Both the position numbers and the translations under genes were made by a program. 64,000 bases of DNA from Vicugna vicugna. Lineage: Eukaryota. The stretch's first letter is position 1, and each line of letters opens with the position of its first letter. The notes beneath the pieces are model-generated. The model saw nothing but the letters and a program-made list of their open reading frames with translations, had not been told where the DNA came from and ran no database searches. Positions 37,824 to 48,935 of this stretch are shown here, piece by piece. The stretch is taken from the NCBI GenBank assembly GCA_013265495.1, contig MU058059.1, positions 3,325,502-3,389,501 on the forward strand. Direction: 5' to 3'.

Positions 37824-39644
37824 AGTAAAATCTCTGTTAAAGTCCAGGCCTGAACACCCGTTAGAAGACTTGGAAGGACTGATTATGTAACAGCTGAGCG
37901 GGCTGGCATTTGGTTTGGGGGTGTGCGTGAGAGGTTGTCGTCGGTCCCGTACGTGGGAATACTGGTTTGCGTACAGGGCACAGGCTGTAAGCCTCGCACA
38001 CGTGGTGACGTCCGGGATTTCACTGTGGACGATGTGAAACCCTCTAAACCTTACTGGCCTCGTCTGAAGGCCTATTTCTGTCCTATCTCAGTTTATAAAC
38101 TTAGAAAATTTCTTTCTTGCATAGTGATCGTGTCCTAAGTGAAATCCCTGGACTGGTAAAGTTCCCTGCAGGATGTAAAACTTGCCCTGATTGGGAGGAG
38201 TGGCTCACTGCGCCGGAAGTCTCTGTACACAGTGTGGTTTGCACCCAGCCCCTGCTTCCTGTCCGGGAGCCTGGGGTTCAGGGCCCCACTCCACTGAGTG
38301 TGCCCCAGTGGCCAGGCTCTGCCAGGACCTGGGGCTCCGGGTCTGAGAGGCTGCCTGGCCCACAGTGTCCCTGCGGCTGCACTGCCAGAGGGCCTTGGGG
38401 AGCTTGTGCCTGGTCCCCTCTGGCATTCGCCCCGTGTGCCTTTTGCGTCCTGTGACTGTGATGAGTCTCAGCCGTGAGCATGACTGTGCGCTGATGTAGT
38501 GAGTCCTTCTCAAGACTCTGACCCTGGGGCTGGGCTTGGGGACCCCCGCCCAGGACTAAGAGACTTACAGCGCCAAACGCTGCTCCCTGCCCCGTGCCTG
38601 CACCTGTCTGTCATAGTTTTTTCCTTTTAGTTCTTTGTCTTGGTGTTTCTTTCCTTATTTCTAAGTAATGGACTTGAACTGCTGTTTGTTTAGATGCCAG
38701 TGTTTGTCGGTGTCTGGTAACCAGGTGTTGGGGCGGATGGGGGTTTAGGTCTCCCAGGCCCTCCTGGGCCCCCAGCCCCTGGCGTGTGTGCCCGCACAGC
38801 GTGTAATGGACTCGGGGGCCTGGGTTTCCTTGTGACAGTTAGACAAACAGCGTGGAATGCTGAGCCGGCCGGAGACCACGCTTCATTTACTTATCTACCT
38901 TTCTCTTCTGCTTTGAGTCGACGGTTATCTTGTGTGTTTATCTGCGTTTGTACTCTGCTCCCGTGCCGGATTTACCCCATGGCTCTCCCCTGCATCCTAC
39001 CATTCCCTCCGTGTGGTCAGGCTCCTGCGACTCGCACTGCCCTTGGAGCCCCTCTTCCTGCTGGCTCGCTGGGCATGTCACCGGCTGGTCACAGGCCTGC
39101 TGTCCCTGGGCTTGTCTGCGCCCGTGAGGACACTGGGGAAAACATGTGGAAGTTCCTTCCTGGTCACTGTGCATCTGGAAGCCTTTATTCCCCCCATGCG
39201 CTTGAATGGTCATTGGAACTAGTTTTCAGAGTTTTGAAGATAGTCCTTCAGTGTCTTTGAGTGTCCAGTGTTCCTGCTGGCACGTTGACCGTGCTCCCTT
39301 GTATGTCTGCCCTGGTACCCGCCCAGCGGGGGTCTTTCAGGATCATCTTCCTGTCCCCTCGTGCTCTGAACTCCATGTGCACCTGGGCCTCTGCATCCAT
39401 CGTGCGGGCGCTCAGTGTTCCCCTGTGATCTACATGCTCTTGTCCTTTAAGGCTGAGAAAATTTCTTTCCATACCATTTGGAAAACAAGAATGTATTGTG
39501 CATGCAAATACTGCTTACAAAGTTGGCCATTCCCGAATCCTAGGTTAGTACTGGGTAGTGTTCAGTAGGGAACGGATTCATGAGTCAGTATTTGGATTCC
39601 CTTGTACAGATTTAGGTTAGAGACTTTTAATTTACAGATTTTTT

Positions 39645-39664
39645 AAATTTTAATTTTCTTTCTT

Positions 39665-39697
<33 letters not shown>

Positions 39698-39820
39698 GCG
39701 GAGAGAGGTAATTAGGTTTACTTATGTGTTTATTCTTAGAGGAGGTGCTGGGGATTGCACCCAGGACTTCGTGGATGCTAAACAGAGCATGTGCTCTACC
39801 ACTGAGCTACACCCTCCCCC
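39645..39820 (-). mobile_element. tRNA-Ala-derived SINE (vic-1-like) with 30-nt pure A tail
   Basis: Reverse complement GGGGGAGGGTGTAGCTCAGTGGTAGAGCACATGC...TCCTGGGTGCAATCCCCAGCACCTCC; imperfect TSD atttacag(a/g)tt(t/a)tttt. Confidence 0.85.
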
Positions 39821-40707
39821 CTGATTTACAGGTTATTTTCAGAAAACATAAGAATGAGGGAAAGCTGCTTCTAGTGAATTTTAGCATGGTTCTATTAATA
39901 GAGACCATTTACAAAATACTGAATTTGCTTACATGTAAGTTAGTGAAGCACGCTATTTGTTTTCTGGAAAAGACCTTTTTCTGTGTAGATATGATCAAGT
40001 TTACTAAATCACTGGAGTCATCCTCAAAAGCTCCTTTCAGGAGACTTTGATTTAGTAATCTGTCTGTCTTCCCGGCTTACATTGCTTTGTCCTTTTGCAT
40101 GGGTGAGTGATTCTTCCTATATGCGCTGACTAATAGGGTACATGAGCAGGAAAGACTATTTTAAGAACAGAGTATATCCTACTTCTTTGGAGGGGTGAAT
40201 GTTTTTAAGCCCTTGTTTAGTTAAGTATGAGTCTAGTTTTATGAAGGTTTTTTGTTGTTGCTTTACCTCAGTTTTAGCTGTCATAACTGTTCTTTTTACA
40301 TGAAATATTGTTTCAAATGTATAATTTTGGGGGTTCTAAAGTAAAATTCTAAATGTATGGTTATTGCTTTATACTTTTAATACTCTTTGTTAGATATTCT
40401 GAAAGTAACATTTTTTACCTTCAGTTCTCTCTGGAGAGAAGTTTTGCGCTGGTGCCAGCCGCAGGCTTTCAGTTGGGAGAGACTGGAAGTGGACATTCCC
40501 CTTGTAGTGATTCTGGGTCTGGGCTGGTGGGATGCTGATGGTAGAGGTGGGAGTAGCAGCACTTGAAAAGGCGGGTTTGCATTTTTTTAAAGGCTCACGA
40601 TCATCTCTGTATAGCATCTGTGGCTTTCCGCCCAGTCTGAGGGGATTTACTGAGGTATAATTTATGTTCAGTGATAGGCACGGTTTAGTGGGTTTTTTTT
40701 TTTTTGA

Positions 40708-41091
40708 CAACGTGGGAGGATCTAGAGGGCTTTATGCTAAGTGAAGTAAGTCAGAGAAAGACAGATACTGTATGATCTCAGTTATATGTAGAATCTAAAA
40801 AAAAAAACAAAATGAAGATTAGACTCATAGATACAGAGAACACATGGGTGGCTGCCAGAAGGGAGGTGGGTGAAATAGGTGAAGGGGATTAAGAGGCACA
40901 GAGCTCCTGTTGTGAAAAAAGCCAGCCGCGGGGGTGGAGCTTGCGGTAAGGAATACGTTCAGTGATAGTTAAGTAACTCCGGGGGCAGATGGTCACTAGG
41001 CTTGTCACGGTCATCATTTCACAGTGTATGTGAATGTTCACCTGAAACTAACATAATATTGTATGTTTACTGTATTTCTATTAAAAAAAAA
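40708..41091 (+). mobile_element. L1 ORF2 end + 3' UTR inserted in an older antisense L1 (~40650-42050)
   Basis: ctagagggctttatgctaagtgaagtaagtcagagaaagaca...cctgaaactaacataatattgtatg...A-tail. Confidence 0.8.
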
Positions 41092-44000
41092 GTTTTAACA
41101 AATGTCTGCGTACATGTGGCCCGCATGCCTGTCAAGATACAGAACAGCGCCATCAACCCGGCCGGTTCTGTCTCGGTCCCTGCCGCTTCCCCACCCCGCA
41201 GCCCCAGGTCTGCATTGTTTGGACAGAGATGAGTCTGCCTGTTGGAGAACATCATGTAGACAGCAGCATGTATTCTGTAATCCCCCGTGTCTGCTGTGCT
41301 GTCTTAAGTTCACTGGCTTGGTTGTGTCTGAGTAGTTTGTTCCTTTTACGTGCACATATGTTTATCCAGTCTCGTTGCTGGAAATGTAGGTGTTCCTAGT
41401 TTTTATCTGTTATGAATAAAGTTACTCTAGACATGGCTTTTTGTGAATATATGTTTCCATTTCTTGGGTGAATACTCAGGAGAGGAATTGCTGGGTCAAA
41501 TGTTAAGGGTTTGACTGAAAGAACTGCCACATACTTTTCCAAAGTGGTTAAATGTTAGGAATTGTTGTTCTGGTTAAATTTTAGCCGTTCTAGATGGTGT
41601 CGCATTGATAGCTCATGGTGGTGTTAATTTCCATTTCTTTGATGTTTTTCTTTGATGTGGAGCTTTTTTCTGGGCTTATTAACCAGTCATATATTTTCCT
41701 TTGTAAATTACTCAACTCTTTGGCCCTTTTTCGTTTTGGGCTGTCTGTTGCTGAGTTGCGGGCGTTCTTCATGCATTCTGGGTGTCTTGTGAGATACGCA
41801 CATAGTAAATGTGTTCTCCAAGTCTTTGCCTTCACTGTTTGTTTTCTTCATGATGTCTTTTGATGAGCAGAAGTTTTTACTTTGGATACAAAAGTCCAAT
41901 TTGTCAATTTTTAATTTTATAGTTAATTAGTTAATGTTTTCTGGTTCTGTCTGGGAAAATCTTCGCCCAAGGGCTCAAAAATGTTTTATTTTAGAAGTTT
42001 TACAGGTTTTAGCTGTTTTGTGTCTGATATGTCATGAGTTATGTTTTGTGGGTGACGTGAGGGGCTGCCCCTCCCTGTTTCCTGTGTGGTCATCCGTCTC
42101 CCCTTGTTGAAGACCTTCCTCCCCCGTGAGTCCCTTTGGAGCCTTTGCTGACGTTCAGCTGACTGTCCATGGAAGTCTCTTTGAGTTTTCTGTTTTGTCC
42201 CTCTGGCCTGTCTGTCCCGACTCCAGAGCCGGCCTGCCTGGACTGCTCTCCTGTGTGTCTGGCTGGAGTGGACCATCATCATCCAGAAGCTCTCTGTCCT
42301 GCAGGGCAGCCCCCTGGCCCGCAGGCTGCAGAGAGCAGGCTTTGTCGCCTCCTTGCGCCCGTCGTTGTTCCGGCTTCCTCTGCTCCGAGTGTTGGGTGTA
42401 GAGGCAGACAGAACTCCGGGAACTGTGCTGGCCCTTGGGCCCGAGTCCCTGACCTGTCTGCCTTCAGCCTGTCCATCTGTTGTTGTTGTTTTAATCTGAA
42501 AAATCCAGGACTCTTCTTTGTGCCTCCCGGGAGGAACAGGTTTGAGTGTTCCCTCCTAAGTGCTTGCAGATTTACATCCGTTGTCCTCTTGTCTCAGAAG
42601 CAGGAGCTTCTCGTTGTTGTTGTTTCGTTGTTTTACCTTGGCCCATTTATGCTTAAACTCACCGTGGACTGTTTGAGGCCTCTCTCGTCTGCCCCTTCGT
42701 TCGGTGAAGTTCAGGCTCGCTGTGGCTCCCCAGGGCTGGAAGCTCTGTCCCTGGGCAGCGTGGGGTTTCCGGGTCCTCACCCTCTGCTGGGGCCTCATCC
42801 GTCGCGGGCGCCAGGGCAGTCAGGCCAGCTTTTATAGTAATAAAAGCAATAAAAAGAGGCATGGTAAGGCTCAGACTGCGTGAAGAGGTAAAGTAAGAAA
42901 TAAAAACATCTTCCTCTCCCTCGTCTTTCACAGCTCCCAAGGGTGAGCTGCGGTCGGCTATTTCAGAGATCGCCCGTGTGACTTCATGTTCCAGTACTTG
43001 GATAAGTCATGATTTACCTGATCTTCTTTTGGTAGCCACTTAGGTGGTTTTGGTGTTGCTTTCACAGCACTAAAATCGGTATTTTCAGGTGTGCAACTTT
43101 GAATGCATGTAAAAGTGTATCAGGAGGATAAGGTTCTAAAAAGAGGAATTCCTCGCTCCGAGAGACACACTTGGAACTTCCACAGATGTTGCCGAGATGG
43201 TTTTCAGAAAAGCCTGTGCTGGTCTGTGCTTCTGCTGTTGGCAGGTGTTCTCCAGGCGCCTGTTAGCTCACGTCCTCACGGCACTGGGTGCCGGACGTCT
43301 TCTTTGTTCTTTGCCAGAATGATGTTGGGAAAATGGTGACTGTTTTAATTTCTGTTTTTAAAGTTGTAGGTGTACTTGAACCTTGTTTTCATACGGATAT
43401 TAGTCGTTTTTCTATGAACTGCTTCACATTCTTTGTGTAGGTCTCTTGATTTGTTTCTGTTTTCACTGATGTGTGAGAGTACTTTCTAAAGAAATCAGCT
43501 GTCACAGTTTACCAACTTTTTTCACGTTTGCTTGTCTTTAGACTTTGTTCACGGTCACATTTATCAGTCTTGTCACTCGCGCTCCTGGATTTTTAAAGCT
43601 GCAAACTTAAAAGTGAGTGTAAACGGAAACAAGTGATTCTAACCGTTTTCTAATGAGTATCACAAAGACATGAAAGAGGATGAAGGATAACTCCAGGTGC
43701 CTTTGGACAGAGCTTAGACATACTTAGACCACGTACCATCCGTCTGATGAGGAAAAAAATGCAAACAAGTCTTGACCTCTTCTTGCATTGGTCCTTTGAG
43801 TGTCCAGTCTGTTTTGTGTGTATTGTAGGACTGAGCAAATGAGGGGTCCTCTGTTTCCTCCAGCACAGCTCCAGCGCGAGATGAAGTAGCTGTCCTCAGC
43901 CGCGAGCTGTCTAGCGCAGGGCTCTGCTGCAGCTAGTGGCCTGTCGTTGCGTGAGCCACGACGCTGATCACCTTCATCTGTTGTCGATTTTAGTTATGAT

Positions 44001-44462
44001 GCTGAACTCTCCATGTGTAGTTGTAGAAATAGCCTTCTTAATTTATGATTCACCATTGTTTGGTCATAACTTCAAAAAAAATTAAGATTTTATGTTGGAA
44101 AGCAATCAGAACGAAGCCCCTTTCAATGGTGGGTTCTTGTTAGAGAGGACTCTGTTCTACTTTGAGAACTCTAATTTTCATTTGGTTCGTCTTTTTAATA
44201 CTTGGAGATCCAGCGTTTCCAACTCTCCGAGACCCAAAGCGTGTGATGCCGAACGTAACTGGAGGTGGCGGAATGAAAGAGCCCTTTTATGGGGGGTTGT
44301 GAAGAATGTTTCTGATGCGTAAACGTGGGATGGATTGCGTGTCGTGTGTGTCTGGTGCTCTCGTACGTGGCCCTGTCGGGTGACGTGACACTCTCTGTCC
44401 CCTGTGCAGGTGAGATGGACAGGTAACAGACAAGCCCCCGCACGGTCTGTCCCGGCGGCAGC

Positions 44463-44706
44463 ATGACCGAGTGCTTCCTGCCCCCGACCAGCAGCCCCAG
44501 CGAACACCGCAGGGCAGAGCACAGCGGAGGGCTCCCCCGCACCCCCAGCTCGGAGGAGATCAGCCCCACCAAGTTCCCCGGCCTCTACCGCACGGGCGAG
44601 CCCTCGCCTCCCCACGATGGCCTCCACGAGCCTCCTGACATCGTGTCCGATGACGAGAAGGACCATGGGAAGAAAAAAGGGAAATTTAAGAAAAAGGAAA
44701 AAAGGA
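44463..44706 (+). CDS. RALBP1: RALBP1 exon 2, coding part (exon starts 44410; ATG 44463)
   Basis: MTECFLPPTSSPSEHRRAEHSGGLPRTPSSEEISPTKFPGLYRTGEPSPPHD...KKKEKR; donor A|gtaagt. Confidence 0.97.
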
Positions 44707-45939
44707 GTAAGTGTCGTTTTCTCCTTGCTGTGGCTCTGTTTTAGGTAAACATCTCATCACAGGTGCCTGCTCTGCTATAGAAACAAATCCAGTCAAAGAC
44801 TCCTGTGTTATGTTTTCTTCATTTTTCTGGGTCTCAGTTTTTGCATTTTAGGGTCTTACTCTCATAAATAGAAATAACGAATTTCTGGAAATGGTAAAAA
44901 TTTCTGCTGGAAGTTTCGTAAACAGATCATTTAAAAAAATGTATGAAAAATAGACAGCGAGTTTAGTCCTTGTAGAATCTTGCTGTGTTGGCGAGGCTGT
45001 GTGGGCCAGCTGGGGCACACTTTATTGGAACTGAGAAAAGTATGTGTTCATGTGTCTTAAGCAAATGCCACGATGCGTTCCATTTATGATTCTTGTTCTG
45101 TAGGGAGGGTGAGCCACCTAGACATAGCTTTTCAGTTGTTAAAAGCAAATCAGGTGACTTAATGTTGCCTTATTTTGAGTTTCATGGTATTTTTCAGTTG
45201 GTTTGTCCTTGAAGTGTAGTGTGCGGATAGAAGGCACAGGTGGTGTGCCGCCTGACGAGTCAGCACAGAGCGGACGCGCCGCGGGATTAGCCCGAGGCTG
45301 TGGGTGGAGGGCGTTCGCAGCACCCTGGAATCCCGTTACTGCCCCTTCAGAGGGAGTCCGCCTGATTTTGGGATTTCGTCCATGGAAGTAGATCTCTGTT
45401 TGTGTGTGGTTTCTTTTGCCCACTGTTGTGTTGGCTGGATTCCTCCTGGTTTTCCGTGTGGCAGTGGTTGGTTCGTTTTTCTTGCTGGATTTTGTCTCAT
45501 CGCACTGACAGACTGGAATTCATTGTTCCCCTCTACCGCTGCTTGTCATCTGGGTTGTTTCCAGTGTCGGACTGTCAGGGACAGTGCTTCCGTCACCGTC
45601 ACTGTACGTGGTTCTGCATGTCTGTCGTGTGTTCCTGGGAGTGGAATTGCTGGCTCACAGGCCAGGCTCGCTTCAGCCTCAGTAGATGCTGCAGAACATT
45701 CCCGGAGTGGCTGTTCCAGTGGACACCCCACCAGCAGTGTCTGAGGACCCCAGTTATGCCGTGGTATCAGGCCCTTAGCCCCGCTGCCGTTCTGGTTGGT
45801 GTGGGGCTCATTTTAATTTAGAGGGACGTTGATGCAGAATCTTTCATCTTTGTGGTAAAATAGCCTGTGAGGTGGCTGGCTGAAGAAGAGGATAGGAGAG
45901 TTACAGGTGTGCAGAAGGGGACACCTGTCTAGGGTAACT

Positions 45940-46970
45940 GGCGTGAGCGCCGGGCTGTCCTGGCGCTGCCCTCCCCGCCGGCGGCCGGCTGCGGAAGGGG
46001 CTGCGCGGCCCGAGCCGGGGCCAAGTGGGAGGGCCGGCTCGGGGCGTGGTTGGACACTGCTCCCAGGGACAGGGAGCAAACCGGGAAAAATCTAGGCTAA
46101 GTAAAGTAAGCTAGGGGATGTCACTGGGATGATGAAAGGAGACTGTTCTACAGAATTCTCTCCATTGGCCTCTGTGCAGGTAATAAAGTAACGGCTGGAT
46201 GATTCCTTACGGTGAGTTGGTTCGCGGAAGTTCCAGTTACGCGGTGAGAGAGCCAGTCGCAGGGCCGGCCGTGCGCGTCGCTGCCCTGTGTCAGGGCCCG
46301 TCAGGGGGCCGGGCGGGCCGGCGCGGGGTGAGCAGCCCTGTGGCGGCCCGGCGGTGCCCCGTGCTCTTCTCAGGCACTGAGAGGGGACGCCTGGCGCGCG
46401 CAGACATGTCACTCACTCCCTGCGTCTCTTCGGCAGCCGAAGGCTACGCCGCCTTCCAGGAAGACAGCTCTGGAGATGAGGCCGAGAGTCCCTCCAAAAT
46501 GAAGCGCTCCAAGGGGATCCACGTCTTCAAGAAGCCCAGCTTTTCTAAGAAGAAAGAGAAGGATTTTAAAATCAAAGAGAAACCCAAAGAGGAGAAGCAC
46601 AAGGAGAAGAAGTCCAAGGACCTGACGGCGGCGGACGTGGTGAAGCAGTGGAAGGAGAAGAAGAAGAAGAAGAAGCCGGTCCCCGAGCCCGAGGCGCCGC
46701 CGGCCGACGCGCCGAGCCTGCGGCCGGTGTTCGGGGCGCCGCTGGCGGACGCGGCCGAGCGCACCATGCTGTGCGACGGCGTGCGGCTGCCCGCCGTGTT
46801 CCGCGAGTGCGTGGACCAGGTGGAGCGGCGCGGGATGCGGTGCGAGGGCATCTACCGGGTGTCAGGTGCGCGCCCCGATGGGGGCGGGGCGGGGCGGGGC
46901 GGGGGGCGCAGCCGGCCCGCGCGGCTCTCACCCCTCCGCGGGAGGGCGAGGTCGCGTTGCTCCTGCTCAC
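45940..46970. promoter_or_regulatory. Intragenic CpG-island-like region around RALBP1 exon 3
   Basis: High GC and CpG density before, within and after exon 3. Confidence 0.65.
46437..46865 (+). CDS. RALBP1: RALBP1 exon 3 (Lys-rich region, start of RhoGAP domain with Arg finger GIYRVSG)
   Basis: cggcag|CC GAA GGC TAC...TCA G|gtgcgc; (T)EGYAAFQEDSSGDEAESPSK...CEGIYRVS(G); phases match both neighbours. Confidence 0.96.
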
Positions 46971-47381
46971 ACAGAGCTCTCCAGTCAGACCATACACGTT
47001 CAGAACAGACGGAGACTAGACTGACTTTTTCAGTTTAATTGCACGTTCAGGCACGTTTGTAGAAGGTTCGATATTTACGCTTCTTAAGAAAGGACAGGCG
47101 TGTTTGATGAGATAAAGGGAGACCTGTAAAGCAACTATACTTCCTAAAAAAGGAGGGGAAGTAAGGGAGACCTTTACAGGAGCCCATGGGTAATACGTTC
47201 TCCCTGAAGACATTCTGGCTAAAATGCTACTACTTTATAGAAAAAGTGAACGAACTAGGAACTGAATATGAATTTGTAAGTCCTTAGTAACATAAAAATA
47301 AACACATTTAAATGAATTTGAAATTTCAACTTTTAAGAAGAATTGATGATGACAGGAGTTTTAAAGAGCTAAGCAGTCCCA

Positions 47382-47513
47382 GGGGGAGGGTACAGCTCAG
47401 TGGTAGAGCGTGTGCCTAGCGTGCGCGAGGTCCTGGGCTCAATCCCCAGCACCTCCATTAAATACATCAATAAGTAAGCAAACCTAATTACCCCCCTCCA
47501 AAAAAAGAAAAAC
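47382..47513 (+). mobile_element. tRNA-Ala-derived SINE (vic-1-like) with 17-bp TSD
   Basis: Pol III A/B boxes (AGCTCAGTGG; GGCTCAATCCC), A-rich tail; TSD aaagagctaa(g/a)cagtcc at 47363-47379 and 47514-47530 after TT|AAAG. Confidence 0.9.
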
Positions 47514-48489
47514 AAAGAGCTAAACAGTCCTGAGATAGCTGCTTCTCTCAAGTGCATTTGACAGGCACAGAGAAATTTTAGGTGAAAGTGCCTCCAGAGA
47601 GTTCTTCCAGCTTTGTTCAGAGGGTTCTTTTGTCTGTGACCTGTTTTGATGTTTGCGTTCTTAGGGAGTCAGTGTTGTGTACTGCTTGTGTGTGAGTGTG
47701 TGTGTGTGTTGGGGCACTCAGACTGATGTGGCTCCCCTGGGTGGTGGCCCCTGGGAGGCCCAGCTCCTGCCTTGATTATTTCTGGGGCCCTGGCAGTGTG
47801 CTGCCTTCAGCACTCTGTGGGTCAGAGTTTATGGCTGTGACTTTTCTTTCTGAATGCTAATAATACTGTTTTCTGCTGGAGAATTTTGGTTCTCACTTAC
47901 TCATATATAAGCTCCAGTTTCAAAACTTATTCTGCACATATTATTTCTGTACCTCGGATACTTTATTTGAAGTGTCCAACGTTTAAAAAGAAAACATTTT
48001 GAGAACAATTTCCAAGTAACCAAACAACCAAACATGAATTCTAATTGTTCACATGTGCAGTTTTCTGGGTAGGCTCTGATGAGGGAAAATTAGTTCCCTA
48101 TAAAACATGTATGAGAGAGAGGATGACCTTGTCAAGAGTTTCAGGTAAAGTTATCACTCATCGTATTTTGCTCATGAAAGTAGGAACATAGGGATTATTT
48201 CTTAACTCTTCTGCCTCAAGATAAGGATGGTGCAGAAGTAAGATTCATGTTGTCACTTTCCTATTTGGAGCTGCTGCTTTCATTTTGTCAGTGCAGGACA
48301 AGTTCCTGACTGACTGTGATGCCTCTGACAGGTTTTTACGGAAGATCAGGAACGTCAGACCCCAGGTGTCAGCACTGTTGATTGTAAAATGCTGTTTAGA
48401 TTAGGTGACATTGTTTGCATTTACCATTAAATCTGTCAGCCTTAATTTGTAGCTTGTTTCCAATAATTGGCCTGAAGTTATTTTCTTTC

Positions 48490-48935
48490 TTTATTTTTTG
48501 AGGCACAGTTGATGTACAGTATTATATAAGTTTCAGGTGTACAACACAGTGGTTCACAGTTTTTAGAGGTTATGCTCCATGTACAGTCATTATAAACTGG
48601 CCTCTCTTCCCCGCGTTGCACAGTGCGTCCTTGCAGCTCGTGTGTCTTACACAGGCAGCCTGTGCCTCCAGTTCCCGACTCTTGTCGTGCCCCTCCCCCT
48701 CCCCACAGGCAAGCACACCAGTTTGTTCTCTACATCTGTGGGTCTGTTTTTTTGTTGTATTTACTAGTTTGTTGTATGTTTTAGATTCAGTACATAAGCA
48801 GTAGATACAGTATTCATCTTTGTCTGACTGACTTTGCTTAGCATAATATCCTCCAACCATCCATGTTGTTGCATATGGCAGAATTTCATTATTTTTTATG
48901 GCTGGGTAGTATTCTGCTGTAGATATATATCCCAT
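48490..48935 (-). mobile_element. L1 3' UTR fragment, same type as 22843-23080 but GC-shifted
   Basis: ttgaggcacagttgatgtacagtatt...ggttatgctccatgtacagtcatt...gggtagtattc. Confidence 0.8.

Noticed and set aside
42169..42837. 222-aa ORF in RALBP1 intron 1
   Set aside because: GC-shifted degenerate repeat/intronic sequence with no domain signature.
47382..47455. tRNA-Ala gene
   Set aside because: Has an A-rich tail and TSD, and diverged copies occur elsewhere in the window, so it is a SINE.
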